A DNA stretch of 62,846 bases, the filler included, from Candidatus Babelota bacterium (lineage in GTDB: Bacteria; JAGOBX01), in NCBI GenBank assembly GCA_017999075.1. It is 10 parts of 10 records of this genome, joined end to end, with 100 filler letters (N's around TTAATTAATTAA, not from the genome) between each part and the next. Parts side by side here need not be neighbours in the genome. Positions count along the whole stretch, not along the records: positions 1 to 11,704 come from JAGOBX010000063.1; positions 11,805 to 23,488 come from JAGOBX010000064.1; 8 more parts are not named here. One strand, 5' to 3'. Numbering within the stretch: the stretch's first letter is position 1; every line of letters starts with the position of its first letter. Shown one piece after another: positions 9,541 through 18,004 of this stretch. Both the position numbers and the translations under genes were made by a program. Below the pieces are notes generated by a model that was not told the DNA's origin, did not search any database, and saw only the letters and a program-made list of their open reading frames with translations.

Positions 9541-10758
9541 TTATTTTACTTTATGCACTCCAGCGCAAATTTTTACAGGAAGACCGTAAAGTCTTAGAAA
9601 TCCTGTGGCGTCGGAATGAGAATATTCAAGGCTTTTTCCAAAAGTTGCTATATCCCCGCGGAATAATGAATATTTCGAAGTTATTGAAGCAGGTCTTATA
9701 GTGCCTTTATATAATTTAATTTTTACTTTTCCAGTAACAAACTTCTGAGTTGAATTCACAAATGCGTCAAAAGCTTCTTTCAATGGAGTAAACCATTGCC
9801 CGTTGTATACCATTTCTCCATATTTTAACGCTATAATTTGTTTATAATGCATAGTTTCCTTGTCAATAGTTATTGATTCAAGTTTCCTGTGAGCATAATA
9901 CAAAATCGCGCCGCCAGGTGTTTCATATACTCCACGTGATTTCATTCCCACAAGCCTGTTTTCAACCATATCAACCTGACCTACTGCATTTCTTGCCCCA
10001 ATATTATTTAGAGTTTCAATAATTTTTGCAGGCGATAATTTTTTGCCATTTACCTTTACAGGTGTTCCCTGTTCAAATTCGATTTCAACATATTCAACTT
10101 TATTTGGCGCTTTTTCAGGAGTTACGCTTATTTTAAACAAATCAGCTGGAGTTTCATTCGCCGGATCTTCAAGGCAACCGCCTTCATGGCTCAAATGCCA
10201 TAAATTTCCATCTTCAGAATATATTTTCTTTTTAGTTTGAGTTAAAGGTATATTATGTTTTTTAGCATAATCAATACAAATTTCACGGGAAACAAGATTC
10301 CAATCAGGATCACGCCATGGCGCAATAACTTTAAGCTTCGGATTTAATGCATAATACGTCAACTCAAACCTAACCTGATCATTACCTTTCCCTGTAGCTC
10401 CGTGAGATACAGAATCAGCCTTTTCTTTTTCAGCAACTTCAACCTGTTTTTTAGCTATCAAAGGCCGCGCAAAAGAAGTCCCCAACAAATATTCGTTTTC
10501 ATAAACTGCACCTGCTCGCAAAGTAGGAAAAATATATTCAGAAGCAAATTCTTCCCGCAAATCAAACATATAAACTTTTTTTGCTCCGCTTGAAATTGCT
10601 TTTTTCTTTATAAACTGCATATCTTCATTTTGTCCCAAATCAGCTATGCATGCTATAACTTCACAATCATATTTTTCAATAAGCCACGGAACAATTACAG
10701 AAGTATCCAATCCGCCGCTATATGCAAGAACTATTTTTTTTGTTTTATTTTCAGACAT
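9541..10758 (-). CDS. argG: Argininosuccinate synthase
   Basis: [41 protein letters not shown]. Confidence 0.98.
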   Translation of the reverse strand: MSENKTKKIVLAYSGGLDTSVIVPWLIEKYDCEVIACIADLGQNEDMQFIKKKAISSGAKKVYMFDLREEFASEYIFPTLRAGAVYENEYLLGTSFARPLIAKKQVEVAEKEKADSVSHGATGKGNDQVRFELTYYALNPKLKVIAPWRDPDWNLVSREICIDYAKKHNIPLTQTKKKIYSEDGNLWHLSHEGGCLEDPANETPADLFKISVTPEKAPNKVEYVEIEFEQGTPVKVNGKKLSPAKIIETLNNIGARNAVGQVDMVENRLVGMKSRGVYETPGGAILYYAHRKLESITIDKETMHYKQIIALKYGEMVYNGQWFTPLKEAFDAFVNSTQKFVTGKVKIKLYKGTIRPASITSKYSLFRGDIATFGKSLEYSHSDATGFLRLYGLPVKICAGVHKVK

Positions 10759-10821
10759 ATAATATCAGTCTCCTTAAAATTTAAATTTTGTAATAATAAA
10801 TTATAATAAATTCATTTTATA

Positions 10822-11490
10822 TTACTTGTTTTTTAATTTCAACATTTCCTTAATTGCTTCATTCTTATTTTTTGAATTGAATACTGCACTTCCTGCAACT
10901 AATATTTCAGTTCCGGCATCAATAATCTGTTTTGCATTATAAATATTTACTCCGCCGTCTATTTCTATTAAATACTTATAATTTTTCTGAATTTTTTTTT
11001 CTTTTAAATATTCAATTTTTTTAAGAGTTTCACAAATAAATTTCTGCCCGCCAAATCCCGGAAATACAGACATTATCAAAATCAAATCAGCTTTATCAAG
11101 AACTGAATCAAGCAAATGAACATCAGTATCAGGATTGATTGATATTCCCGCAATTTTCCCTGTTTTTTTGATTTTTTGAATTATGAGTGTGGGATTGATA
11201 TTAACTTCTCTGTGGAAAGTTATAATATCAGACCCTGCCGCTGCAAAAGGTTCAACATAATTCTCTGGATTGGTTATCATTAAATGTGTATCGAATATCA
11301 AATCAGGAAATTTTGGTCTTAATGATTCTATCACAGGTATTCCAATTGATATATTAGGAACAAAATGTCCATCCATAACGTCTATGTGAAGATATTTAAT
11401 ATTTTTTTTTATTTCTTCAATTTCATTTCCGAGATTAGTAAAATCAGCGGATAAAATTGAAGGAGCAATTTCTAAAATTTCATTATTCAT
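10822..11490 (-). CDS. rpe: Ribulose-phosphate 3-epimerase
   Basis: IAPSILSADF, HIDVMDGHFVPN, MSVFPGFGGQKF, IEIDGG, LVAGSAVF. Start placed at ATG 11490 (MNNEILEIAPS). Confidence 0.97.
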   Translation of the reverse strand: MNNEILEIAPSILSADFTNLGNEIEEIKKNIKYLHIDVMDGHFVPNISIGIPVIESLRPKFPDLIFDTHLMITNPENYVEPFAAAGSDIITFHREVNINPTLIIQKIKKTGKIAGISINPDTDVHLLDSVLDKADLILIMSVFPGFGGQKFICETLKKIEYLKEKKIQKNYKYLIEIDGGVNIYNAKQIIDAGTEILVAGSAVFNSKNKNEAIKEMLKLKNK

Positions 11491-11704
11491 ATTTTTTTTC
11501 TGCAAATAATATTTATATTTTTCAATTGTATTATACAAAAATCAAAATTTCAAGTTTTTTTGTCATAATTTCATAATGAAAAATTATATGTTTGACAATA
11601 ATATTATTGAATATATAATTTACTCCATAAAATAAATATTGTAATCCAAATTTTAAAACTTTTATAATTTAAACAAAAAAAATTTAAATTCTTAAAGTAT
11701 AACA

Positions 11705-11804
11705 NNNNNNNNNNNNNNNNNNNNNNNNNNNNNNNNNNNNNNNNNNNNTTAATTAATTAANNNNNNNNNNNNNNNNNNNNNNNNNNNNNNNNNNNNNNNN
11801 NNNN
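11705..11804. other. Artificial contig spacer (N44-TTAATTAATTAA-N44); identical spacers at 23489-23588, 26177-26276, 28865-28964, 40551-40650, 43236-43335, 45921-46020, 57510-57609 and 60182-60281
   Basis: The same 100-nt structure with an all-frame stop linker occurs nine times, and many of these spacers truncate genes. Confidence 0.99.
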
Positions 11805-11929
11805 CCTGTTTTTTGTGCTTTTGTTACCTGTATCAGATAAAAAGGTTTTGTATGTTTAAAAACACATCATTACAATAAATGGGTAATTTTCAATTGAAAA
11901 TAATGGGTAATTTTACATTAAAAAAAACA
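11805..11929 (-). mobile_element. Terminus of an IS21-family-like insertion sequence
   Basis: The minus strand reads TGT-TTTTTTTAATGT-AAAATTACCCATT-ATTTTCAATTG-AAAATTACCCATT: a TGT terminus followed by two sub-terminal direct repeats at a 24-bp period, the architecture of IS21 ends. It lies at a contig edge. Confidence 0.7.
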
Positions 11930-12391
11930 GCTGTTCAGAAAAAAATTAAAGGCCTGCATGACGAACGTAAAAGAAAAATGAAAATGTGCGACAGCAAGGA
12001 AGATTTTGAAAAAATTGTTAAACCTTATCTTATAGAGATTGATAATGAAGAAAAAGAACTGAATTTTAATCTTAAACAACTAACCGAGGAGCTTCAAGAA
12101 TATCAGGAAAACAAAATTGAAGCAAAGGCATTAAGAGATAAACTGAAAGAAATAATGAACATTATAGATTTACTTGATGGAAAAAGCATACAAATGATTT
12201 GTAAAATGCTTATAGAAAGCGTAACAATAACTCCTGGTAAAACTATAAACGAACCTTTAGAAATTGAAATTAATCTCTGGGGCCGACTACCTGAACTATT
12301 AAATATTCCATTATCGGATTTAAACGACAAGACAAGACTTGAAAACTATTTGTTACCCTGTTCTGTCCAGCGTAATGAATGGGGTGGCTGA
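11930..12391 (+). pseudogene. C-terminal part of a large serine recombinase (integrase), apparently interrupted by the IS end
   Basis: Coiled coil followed by QMICKMLIESVTITPG...LEIEINL, typical of large serine recombinase C-termini. The last codons (TGG GGT GGC TGA) are the antisense of the tRNA-His 3' end. The catalytic domain is absent from the contig. Confidence 0.65.
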
Positions 12392-12456
12392 CGGGGGTTG
12401 AACCCGCGACCACAAGAGCCACAATCTTGCACTCTACCAACTGAGCTACAGCCACC
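12380..12456 (-). tRNA. tRNA-His (GUG) with encoded G-1 and CCA
   Basis: GGTGGCTGTAGCTCAGTTGGTAGAGTGCAAGATTGTGGCTCTTGTGGTCGCGGGTTCAACCCCCGTCAGCCACCCCA: acceptor stem GTGGCTG/CAGCCAC, anticodon GTG, GGTTCAA T-loop, C73. Confidence 0.97.
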
Positions 12457-12474
12457 ATGAATATAATAATAGAT

Positions 12475-12503
12475 TATTTATAATAATGAATAAGATTTGT
12501 CAA
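12475..12503 (-). promoter_or_regulatory. Probable sigma70 promoter of tRNA-His
   Basis: Perfect TTGACA at 12503-12498 with an AT-rich TATAAA/TAAATA element 15-17 nt downstream. Confidence 0.45.
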
Positions 12504-12535
12504 CAAAATTTTTGTTTTAATTTTTTTTATTTCAA

Positions 12536-15178
12536 TTAAATAAATTGTCTGCATTTTTTATAATCGGTTTTCCCGCTTCCTAAAGTTGGAATAACATCAA
12601 GTTTGATTATTTTGTATATTGAATGCAGATTTGATAATCCTGCTTTTCTGATTGCGGAATTTACATTTATTTTATCTATATCAATAGTAGTGAATAATAC
12701 TATTTTGGAATTATTTTCCATTTGAAATTCATCAACTGCAAATACAGGACCATCTTGATTTAAATCAGGTGGAATAAGATTTTTATTTAAAACATTTTCT
12801 ATAGCAAGCAGAGAAATCATTTCTCCTCCGATTTTTATGAAACGTTTTAATCTGCCTTTAAAAATTAAATATCCATTTTCTTTCTCTGAAACCAGATCTC
12901 CTGTTTTATACCAGGTTTTTCCTTTGTATTCAATAAACGGATTACTGTCTTTTTCATCAAGATAACCTGAAAATATACTTGGACCGCGAACTAACAGCAT
13001 GCCCTGATCTCCTTTTTTTACAGGTTCGTTAGTTTCAGGATTGATAATTATATATTCAATTGATTTCAGAACTTTTCCGATCGTTCCTGGTTCAGGATTA
13101 TTTGTTGGGTTAAAGCTTACAACAGGCGAACATTCAGTTATTCCGTATCCTTCGCATATAACTGCTTGAGGACATAATTCTTTAATTGCATTGTAAACCT
13201 GTTCTGAACATTTTTCAGCTCCTGTGGCAGCTATTCTGACAGATGACATTTGTTCTTTTGAAGCTGCGCGCATTATGCCGTTGACAAAAGTTGGAGTTCC
13301 TACCAGCATTGTAACTTTATATGAAAAAATTATTTTAGATAGAATTGCTCCTTCAGTAGGATTTGAATGAAATACTGTTTTTATACCTAAACATAAAGGC
13401 ATAAGCATAGTTGCGGTTATTCCGAAAGAATGGAATGGAGGAAGCATGCCAAGAATTATATCGCTGCCGCGAAGTTCAATGTAATCTAAAATATCTCTTA
13501 TATTTTGAATTATATTTTTATGACTTAACGGCACTGACTTAGGGTTATTTTCAGAACCGCTTGTAAAAAGTATTACTGCGGTTTCTTTAATATTTTTTGT
13601 ATTAAGAAATTTATCAGGGAATCTACTTTTAATGTAAGAAGTGATTTTTTTAAATTTTGATATTGAAGAAATAAAATCTTCAATATAAATCCAGGTAACA
13701 TTAATTTTTGAATAATTAATTCCTTGTGTTTTAATTTTAGTAATAAGGCGTTTTGAAGTAACTATATAATTAGTATTAGTCTGTTTTAAAGAATATATCA
13801 TTTGTTTTTCGCCTACTGTCCAATTAATCATTACCGGAGTTTTGGAAGAAAACAAAATTCCGAAATATGATATGACAGTTGCAACTGACGCAGGAAGCAT
13901 TATCCCTATACGCTCATCATTGAATTTTTCAAAAAATGATTTAAATATTATAGTAGCAGTAACCAGCTCCCTATAGTTTTTTATTCCTGAATTTTTATCG
14001 GCAAAAATTATCTGATTCGGATATTTTTTTGCCATTTGAATAAAAATTTCGGCAATATTGCAGTTTTCATTAACAATATTTTTGTCCATTACAACAGGTT
14101 TGAACCAATTTTTTACGACTTCAGATATTTCTTCAGTTTTTTTACTTATAATTTCTCCTGAAGCAGCCATTATACAATCGCCGACTGACTGTATAGATTC
14201 CATATCTTCGACAGAAATATTGAATTCCTGTTCAAGCCATACAATAATGTCAGCAAGAGATATACTGTCAATTCCCAGGTCAGATGACAAATTTGATTTT
14301 GGAGAAATATCAGTTATGCCTGTTTTATTTTTTAAATAATTAATTATTAAATTTTGAATTTCTGAAGAAACATTATTTAAATTCCCTGAAAATTTTTTGG
14401 ATTCTGGTTCAGGAATAATTTTACTGGAAAATCCTTGAAACCAATTGTAAGGAACAAAAGTATTTTTTGCCGCGTTTTTATTATAAAAATTTTCTAAATA
14501 CCTGTTTATTGTAAGGCGGTCGGCATTTCTGGGGAAATTTTGATCATCGGAAAATTCTATTGAAACTTTCCTTTTGGGACCGAAAAAAAATAAGTTTAAA
14601 ACACTCGAAATTAAATATAGTTTTAGTTTTTTAGTGAATGAAGGGTAAGTGCCGTCTGATTTGCTGAGGCTGCTTCCCCATAAACCTGAGGTTCGTACAA
14701 GCACAATCTGTAAGTCAGGTATCTGTTTCAAAATATATTCAACTGAACTGTTTGCGCCGATATTTTCTATGTATTGAGAATAAAGTTTTCCGGAAGGATA
14801 TAAAATTACGTTATCGCCGTTTTTTAATGCATCTACAACAGCAGAAATAGATTTAATTGTTTCGTTTTTATTTTCTTTTCCGGTTAAATTTAAATCAGGA
14901 ACAGAGATAGGATTTACGTGTTTTGCAAAAAAATTTACTAATGGAGAATCAAGCTGTTCCTGCGCAACTAATGGCCTTGGATGAAATTTGTTGTATAATA
15001 TAGAAAATAAAATTACAGGATCAATAAGCGCAGGATGATTTGGAAGAAAAAGGATCCCGGTATTTTTTGATTTTATAATTTTGTTCAGACCTGTTATTTT
15101 TAAAGAATAACGTAGTAATAAAATTATTTTGATGAAAATCAGTAAAAATATGCCTGGTATATTTTTTTTATTTTTCAT
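12536..15178 (-). CDS. aas: Aas-like bifunctional acyltransferase / acyl-ACP synthetase with an internal ACP domain
   Basis: PlsC motifs NHPALID and LYPSG; ACP motif DLGIDSI; AMP-binding motifs FTSGSENNPK, EGYGITE and YKTGDL. Confidence 0.85.
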   Translation of the reverse strand: MKNKKNIPGIFLLIFIKIILLLRYSLKITGLNKIIKSKNTGILFLPNHPALIDPVILFSILYNKFHPRPLVAQEQLDSPLVNFFAKHVNPISVPDLNLTGKENKNETIKSISAVVDALKNGDNVILYPSGKLYSQYIENIGANSSVEYILKQIPDLQIVLVRTSGLWGSSLSKSDGTYPSFTKKLKLYLISSVLNLFFFGPKRKVSIEFSDDQNFPRNADRLTINRYLENFYNKNAAKNTFVPYNWFQGFSSKIIPEPESKKFSGNLNNVSSEIQNLIINYLKNKTGITDISPKSNLSSDLGIDSISLADIIVWLEQEFNISVEDMESIQSVGDCIMAASGEIISKKTEEISEVVKNWFKPVVMDKNIVNENCNIAEIFIQMAKKYPNQIIFADKNSGIKNYRELVTATIIFKSFFEKFNDERIGIMLPASVATVISYFGILFSSKTPVMINWTVGEKQMIYSLKQTNTNYIVTSKRLITKIKTQGINYSKINVTWIYIEDFISSISKFKKITSYIKSRFPDKFLNTKNIKETAVILFTSGSENNPKSVPLSHKNIIQNIRDILDYIELRGSDIILGMLPPFHSFGITATMLMPLCLGIKTVFHSNPTEGAILSKIIFSYKVTMLVGTPTFVNGIMRAASKEQMSSVRIAATGAEKCSEQVYNAIKELCPQAVICEGYGITECSPVVSFNPTNNPEPGTIGKVLKSIEYIIINPETNEPVKKGDQGMLLVRGPSIFSGYLDEKDSNPFIEYKGKTWYKTGDLVSEKENGYLIFKGRLKRFIKIGGEMISLLAIENVLNKNLIPPDLNQDGPVFAVDEFQMENNSKIVLFTTIDIDKINVNSAIRKAGLSNLHSIYKIIKLDVIPTLGSGKTDYKKCRQFI

Positions 15179-16421
15179 TGTTGATTCTCCTGGTTTTTAT
15201 ATAGAAAATTATTCCTGTTAAAAAACAAAAAATTGATAGATAAAAAAGATTAAAAGATGGTTTAGTCCGACAAATAATAGAAAAAATTTGACCTGATACC
15301 AATATTCCTGAAAAATCAAGAAAATTGCACACGCCAAGAATTTTTCCTTTTTCATTTTCAGCAGGTTTAATCTGAATAAAAGAAGCAACAGGAATAAGCA
15401 GCATTCCCCCAAAACAACCTGTTAATACCAATGCGCTGAAAAGTACAGGTTTCTGTATTTCATTAGATAATAACGGGCCTGCCGAAATTATTAATAATCC
15501 TGAAGAAATGCCGAATATGGATATTATTATAAGTCTATTCCATTTTTTTCCGGCAGTGAGTTTTGCAGCAAGGAAAGAACCTATGCAAATTCCTATCATT
15601 AACGCTACGGATAACAATCCAGTCAATGTTTGAGAATATTTGAGTTGAGATAATCCGTAAGCGTTTAGCAATAAAACAATCAATGAGGATACAGCATAAA
15701 AAAAACAGCTTACAATCAGCGCAAATAATAATTCAGGTTCTCTTTTCAAAATAAACATATCTTTGATTGAGTTGATGGGACCCAACCAAGGAAATGGCGC
15801 TGAAGTTTTTTTTATTTTGTATTTGTTAACTTTAAAACTGGAGATAACTCCTAATATTGATACTAAAATTACTAATATTGATACTAATAAATTTCCGAAA
15901 GGGACAAATTCGACATTGTACCATCTTTGATCAAGTGTAATTCCTGCGAGGGCTATTCCGAGTAAAATTGCAAGTGTTGTAACAAGTTTAACAATTGCAT
16001 TGGCTTTAGATACATACCATTCAGGATATAATTCCGGTATAGAACCATTCAAAGCAGGACTGAAAAGCGTGGACTGAAATCCCATCAAACCAACCATGCT
16101 TATTATGCACAACCAATTGTTTGTCAAAATGCCGTAAGCTCCTAAAACCATTGCTGCAAGCTCTAATATTTTAGTTCCGATAATAACATTTTTTTTTGCA
16201 AATTTGTCTGCAAGCCATCCTGCATGCGCAGAAAAAATTATAAATGGTAAAGAAAAAATTACTGTAGCAATTCCCTGTAATTTGCTTTTTCCCGCAGCTA
16301 CAGCAAGAAGCATGGCTGCCTGTTTAAAGAAATTGTCATTAAAAACTCCAAGCGCGTATGCTGCAGCCATAGCTATAAATTTGGATCTTGCTTTTGATAT
16401 AAGATGCTTGTCATCGTTCAT
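15168..16421 (-). CDS. LplT-like MFS lysophospholipid transporter
   Basis: LGVFNDNFFKQ, AGWLADKFAK, QSTLFSPALNGSIPE; about 12 TM helices; overlaps the aas start. Confidence 0.85.
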   Translation of the reverse strand: MNDDKHLISKARSKFIAMAAAYALGVFNDNFFKQAAMLLAVAAGKSKLQGIATVIFSLPFIIFSAHAGWLADKFAKKNVIIGTKILELAAMVLGAYGILTNNWLCIISMVGLMGFQSTLFSPALNGSIPELYPEWYVSKANAIVKLVTTLAILLGIALAGITLDQRWYNVEFVPFGNLLVSILVILVSILGVISSFKVNKYKIKKTSAPFPWLGPINSIKDMFILKREPELLFALIVSCFFYAVSSLIVLLLNAYGLSQLKYSQTLTGLLSVALMIGICIGSFLAAKLTAGKKWNRLIIISIFGISSGLLIISAGPLLSNEIQKPVLFSALVLTGCFGGMLLIPVASFIQIKPAENEKGKILGVCNFLDFSGILVSGQIFSIICRTKPSFNLFYLSIFCFLTGIIFYIKTRRINNEK

Positions 16422-16481
16422 AGTATTCCTCCGAATAATATAAGACTAACATAAATTAAATAACAAAAAAACCAAGTGATT

Positions 16482-17699
16482 TTATGAGTTATTTAAAAAA
16501 CGGTTTATAAATACAGCATCTGAAAATTTATTTTTTTTGTCAGCGGACTTAATAGTTCGTTTTAAAATGAAATCAAACATCAAAGGGTTTATTTTATAAA
16601 TTTCATCGAGAATTTTTTTTTCTTCTTTTGTAATAAAATTATTACGGCATAATTTGCTTGTCTGTATTAAAAAATTTATTCCGGGTAATGGGTAATCGCT
16701 GCCGTTAATCAGTCTGTGATGAATATCTGTCCTGTTAAGTAAAATATTCAAGCATTTGTCCATGTGGTTATATTGTGTTACCGCGGAAATATCCCCGAAT
16801 AACAAACCTTTATATTCAGGTTTGTCCATCATTCTTAAAAAAAGTGAAAAATTATCAATTGATTTTTTTTCAGGATCTTCAAAATCAATGCTGCTGCCTG
16901 AACTTGCGCAATGAGCAGCAATTACTTTAACTCCTGAATCAAGAGCAAGTTTTAAAAGCAGAGGATTGCCTAATTTTTGATTTTCTTCTGAATCAACTGC
17001 TTCCTCTTTGCCTGTATGCGATATAAGTATCATATTATATTTTTTCATCATAGCATAAAAAGGAATTATTTCGGAATCTGAAGGATTTATACCCATGCTG
17101 TTCGGAAGCCATTTTATGAATTTCACGTTTAAGTCAGCCCATTTTTTAAGTTCGTTTAATGCGTCTTTTCTGTAAGGATGAATCGACACAACAGGTATCA
17201 TATTTTTATTTTTGACTGAAAGATTGTATATGTAATCGTTAGGCGTGTAAAATTCAGTTTTTTTTTCATTTACAATGCCATTTTTTTCGTAATACTTATC
17301 CATTGCAAAAATATAATATTTGCCCTGATGATTGAAATTTTTTATTAAATAATTAAAACGCTTAATATATTCTGTGTCAACACTGTTTTTGTTAACTTTT
17401 GATGCGCTTAAATATATTAAATATTTGAAATGTTTAACAGGATTTATAAAAGAGTTCATATTTTCGTTTGCATAACATCCTGTTGTTTCTTTAGAAATTC
17501 CTAATATATGATTATGACAGTCGACAATATTTATTTTATCCAATGTTTTAAATGACTCTTCAATTAGTTTTTCAGCTTCACAAGATAACTTTAAATTATC
17601 GTTAAAATTTCCGCCAATTTTCTTTATCAAAATACCGCAGCCGGCATTTATTGAAATAAACATAATTATTATAAAAATACTAATAATAATTAATTTCAT
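16482..17699 (-). CDS. Amidohydrolase-2 family metal-dependent hydrolase with an N-terminal signal or anchor
   Basis: VDCHNH, SIHPYR, KWLP, SHTG, IAAHCA, GDISA, NGSDYP. Start placed at ATG 17699. Confidence 0.85.
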   Translation of the reverse strand: MKLIIISIFIIIMFISINAGCGILIKKIGGNFNDNLKLSCEAEKLIEESFKTLDKINIVDCHNHILGISKETTGCYANENMNSFINPVKHFKYLIYLSASKVNKNSVDTEYIKRFNYLIKNFNHQGKYYIFAMDKYYEKNGIVNEKKTEFYTPNDYIYNLSVKNKNMIPVVSIHPYRKDALNELKKWADLNVKFIKWLPNSMGINPSDSEIIPFYAMMKKYNMILISHTGKEEAVDSEENQKLGNPLLLKLALDSGVKVIAAHCASSGSSIDFEDPEKKSIDNFSLFLRMMDKPEYKGLLFGDISAVTQYNHMDKCLNILLNRTDIHHRLINGSDYPLPGINFLIQTSKLCRNNFITKEEKKILDEIYKINPLMFDFILKRTIKSADKKNKFSDAVFINRFLNNS

Positions 17700-18004
17700 T
17701 TTTTTATCATAACTCCTTTTTAAATTATTTACTAAACCCAAACAGTCGTTAAAATTACTGATTAAAAAATAAAAGAGCAATATTTGTTGGATTAAAATAT
17801 TTTTTAATCTAATGCATTTATTTTTAAATGGTTATTTTGAAATGAAAAATATGAACGGGATATCAATAAAGCAAAAAAAGCACAATCGTTACATTTTTTG
17901 TATATAAAAATTTATAACGGATTTTAGTTTAAAAGTTATGCTAGAGTGAAAAATCAGAAGAAAACTCTTGCATGTTGAAGTGAATTATTGTAAATTTTCA
18001 AGAT

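Noticed and set aside
11879..11929. N-terminus of the 170-aa ORF
   Set aside because: It is translated from the IS21-like terminal repeats and is not a real start.
12270..12458. 62-aa minus-strand ORF (MVAVAQLVECKIVAL...)
   Set aside because: It is the translation of the tRNA-His gene and its flank.
17787..17812. Imperfect palindrome TTGGATTAAAA...TTTTAATCTAA in the divergent amidohydrolase/kinase intergenic region
   Set aside because: It is AT-rich and plausible by chance, and no second copy was seen.
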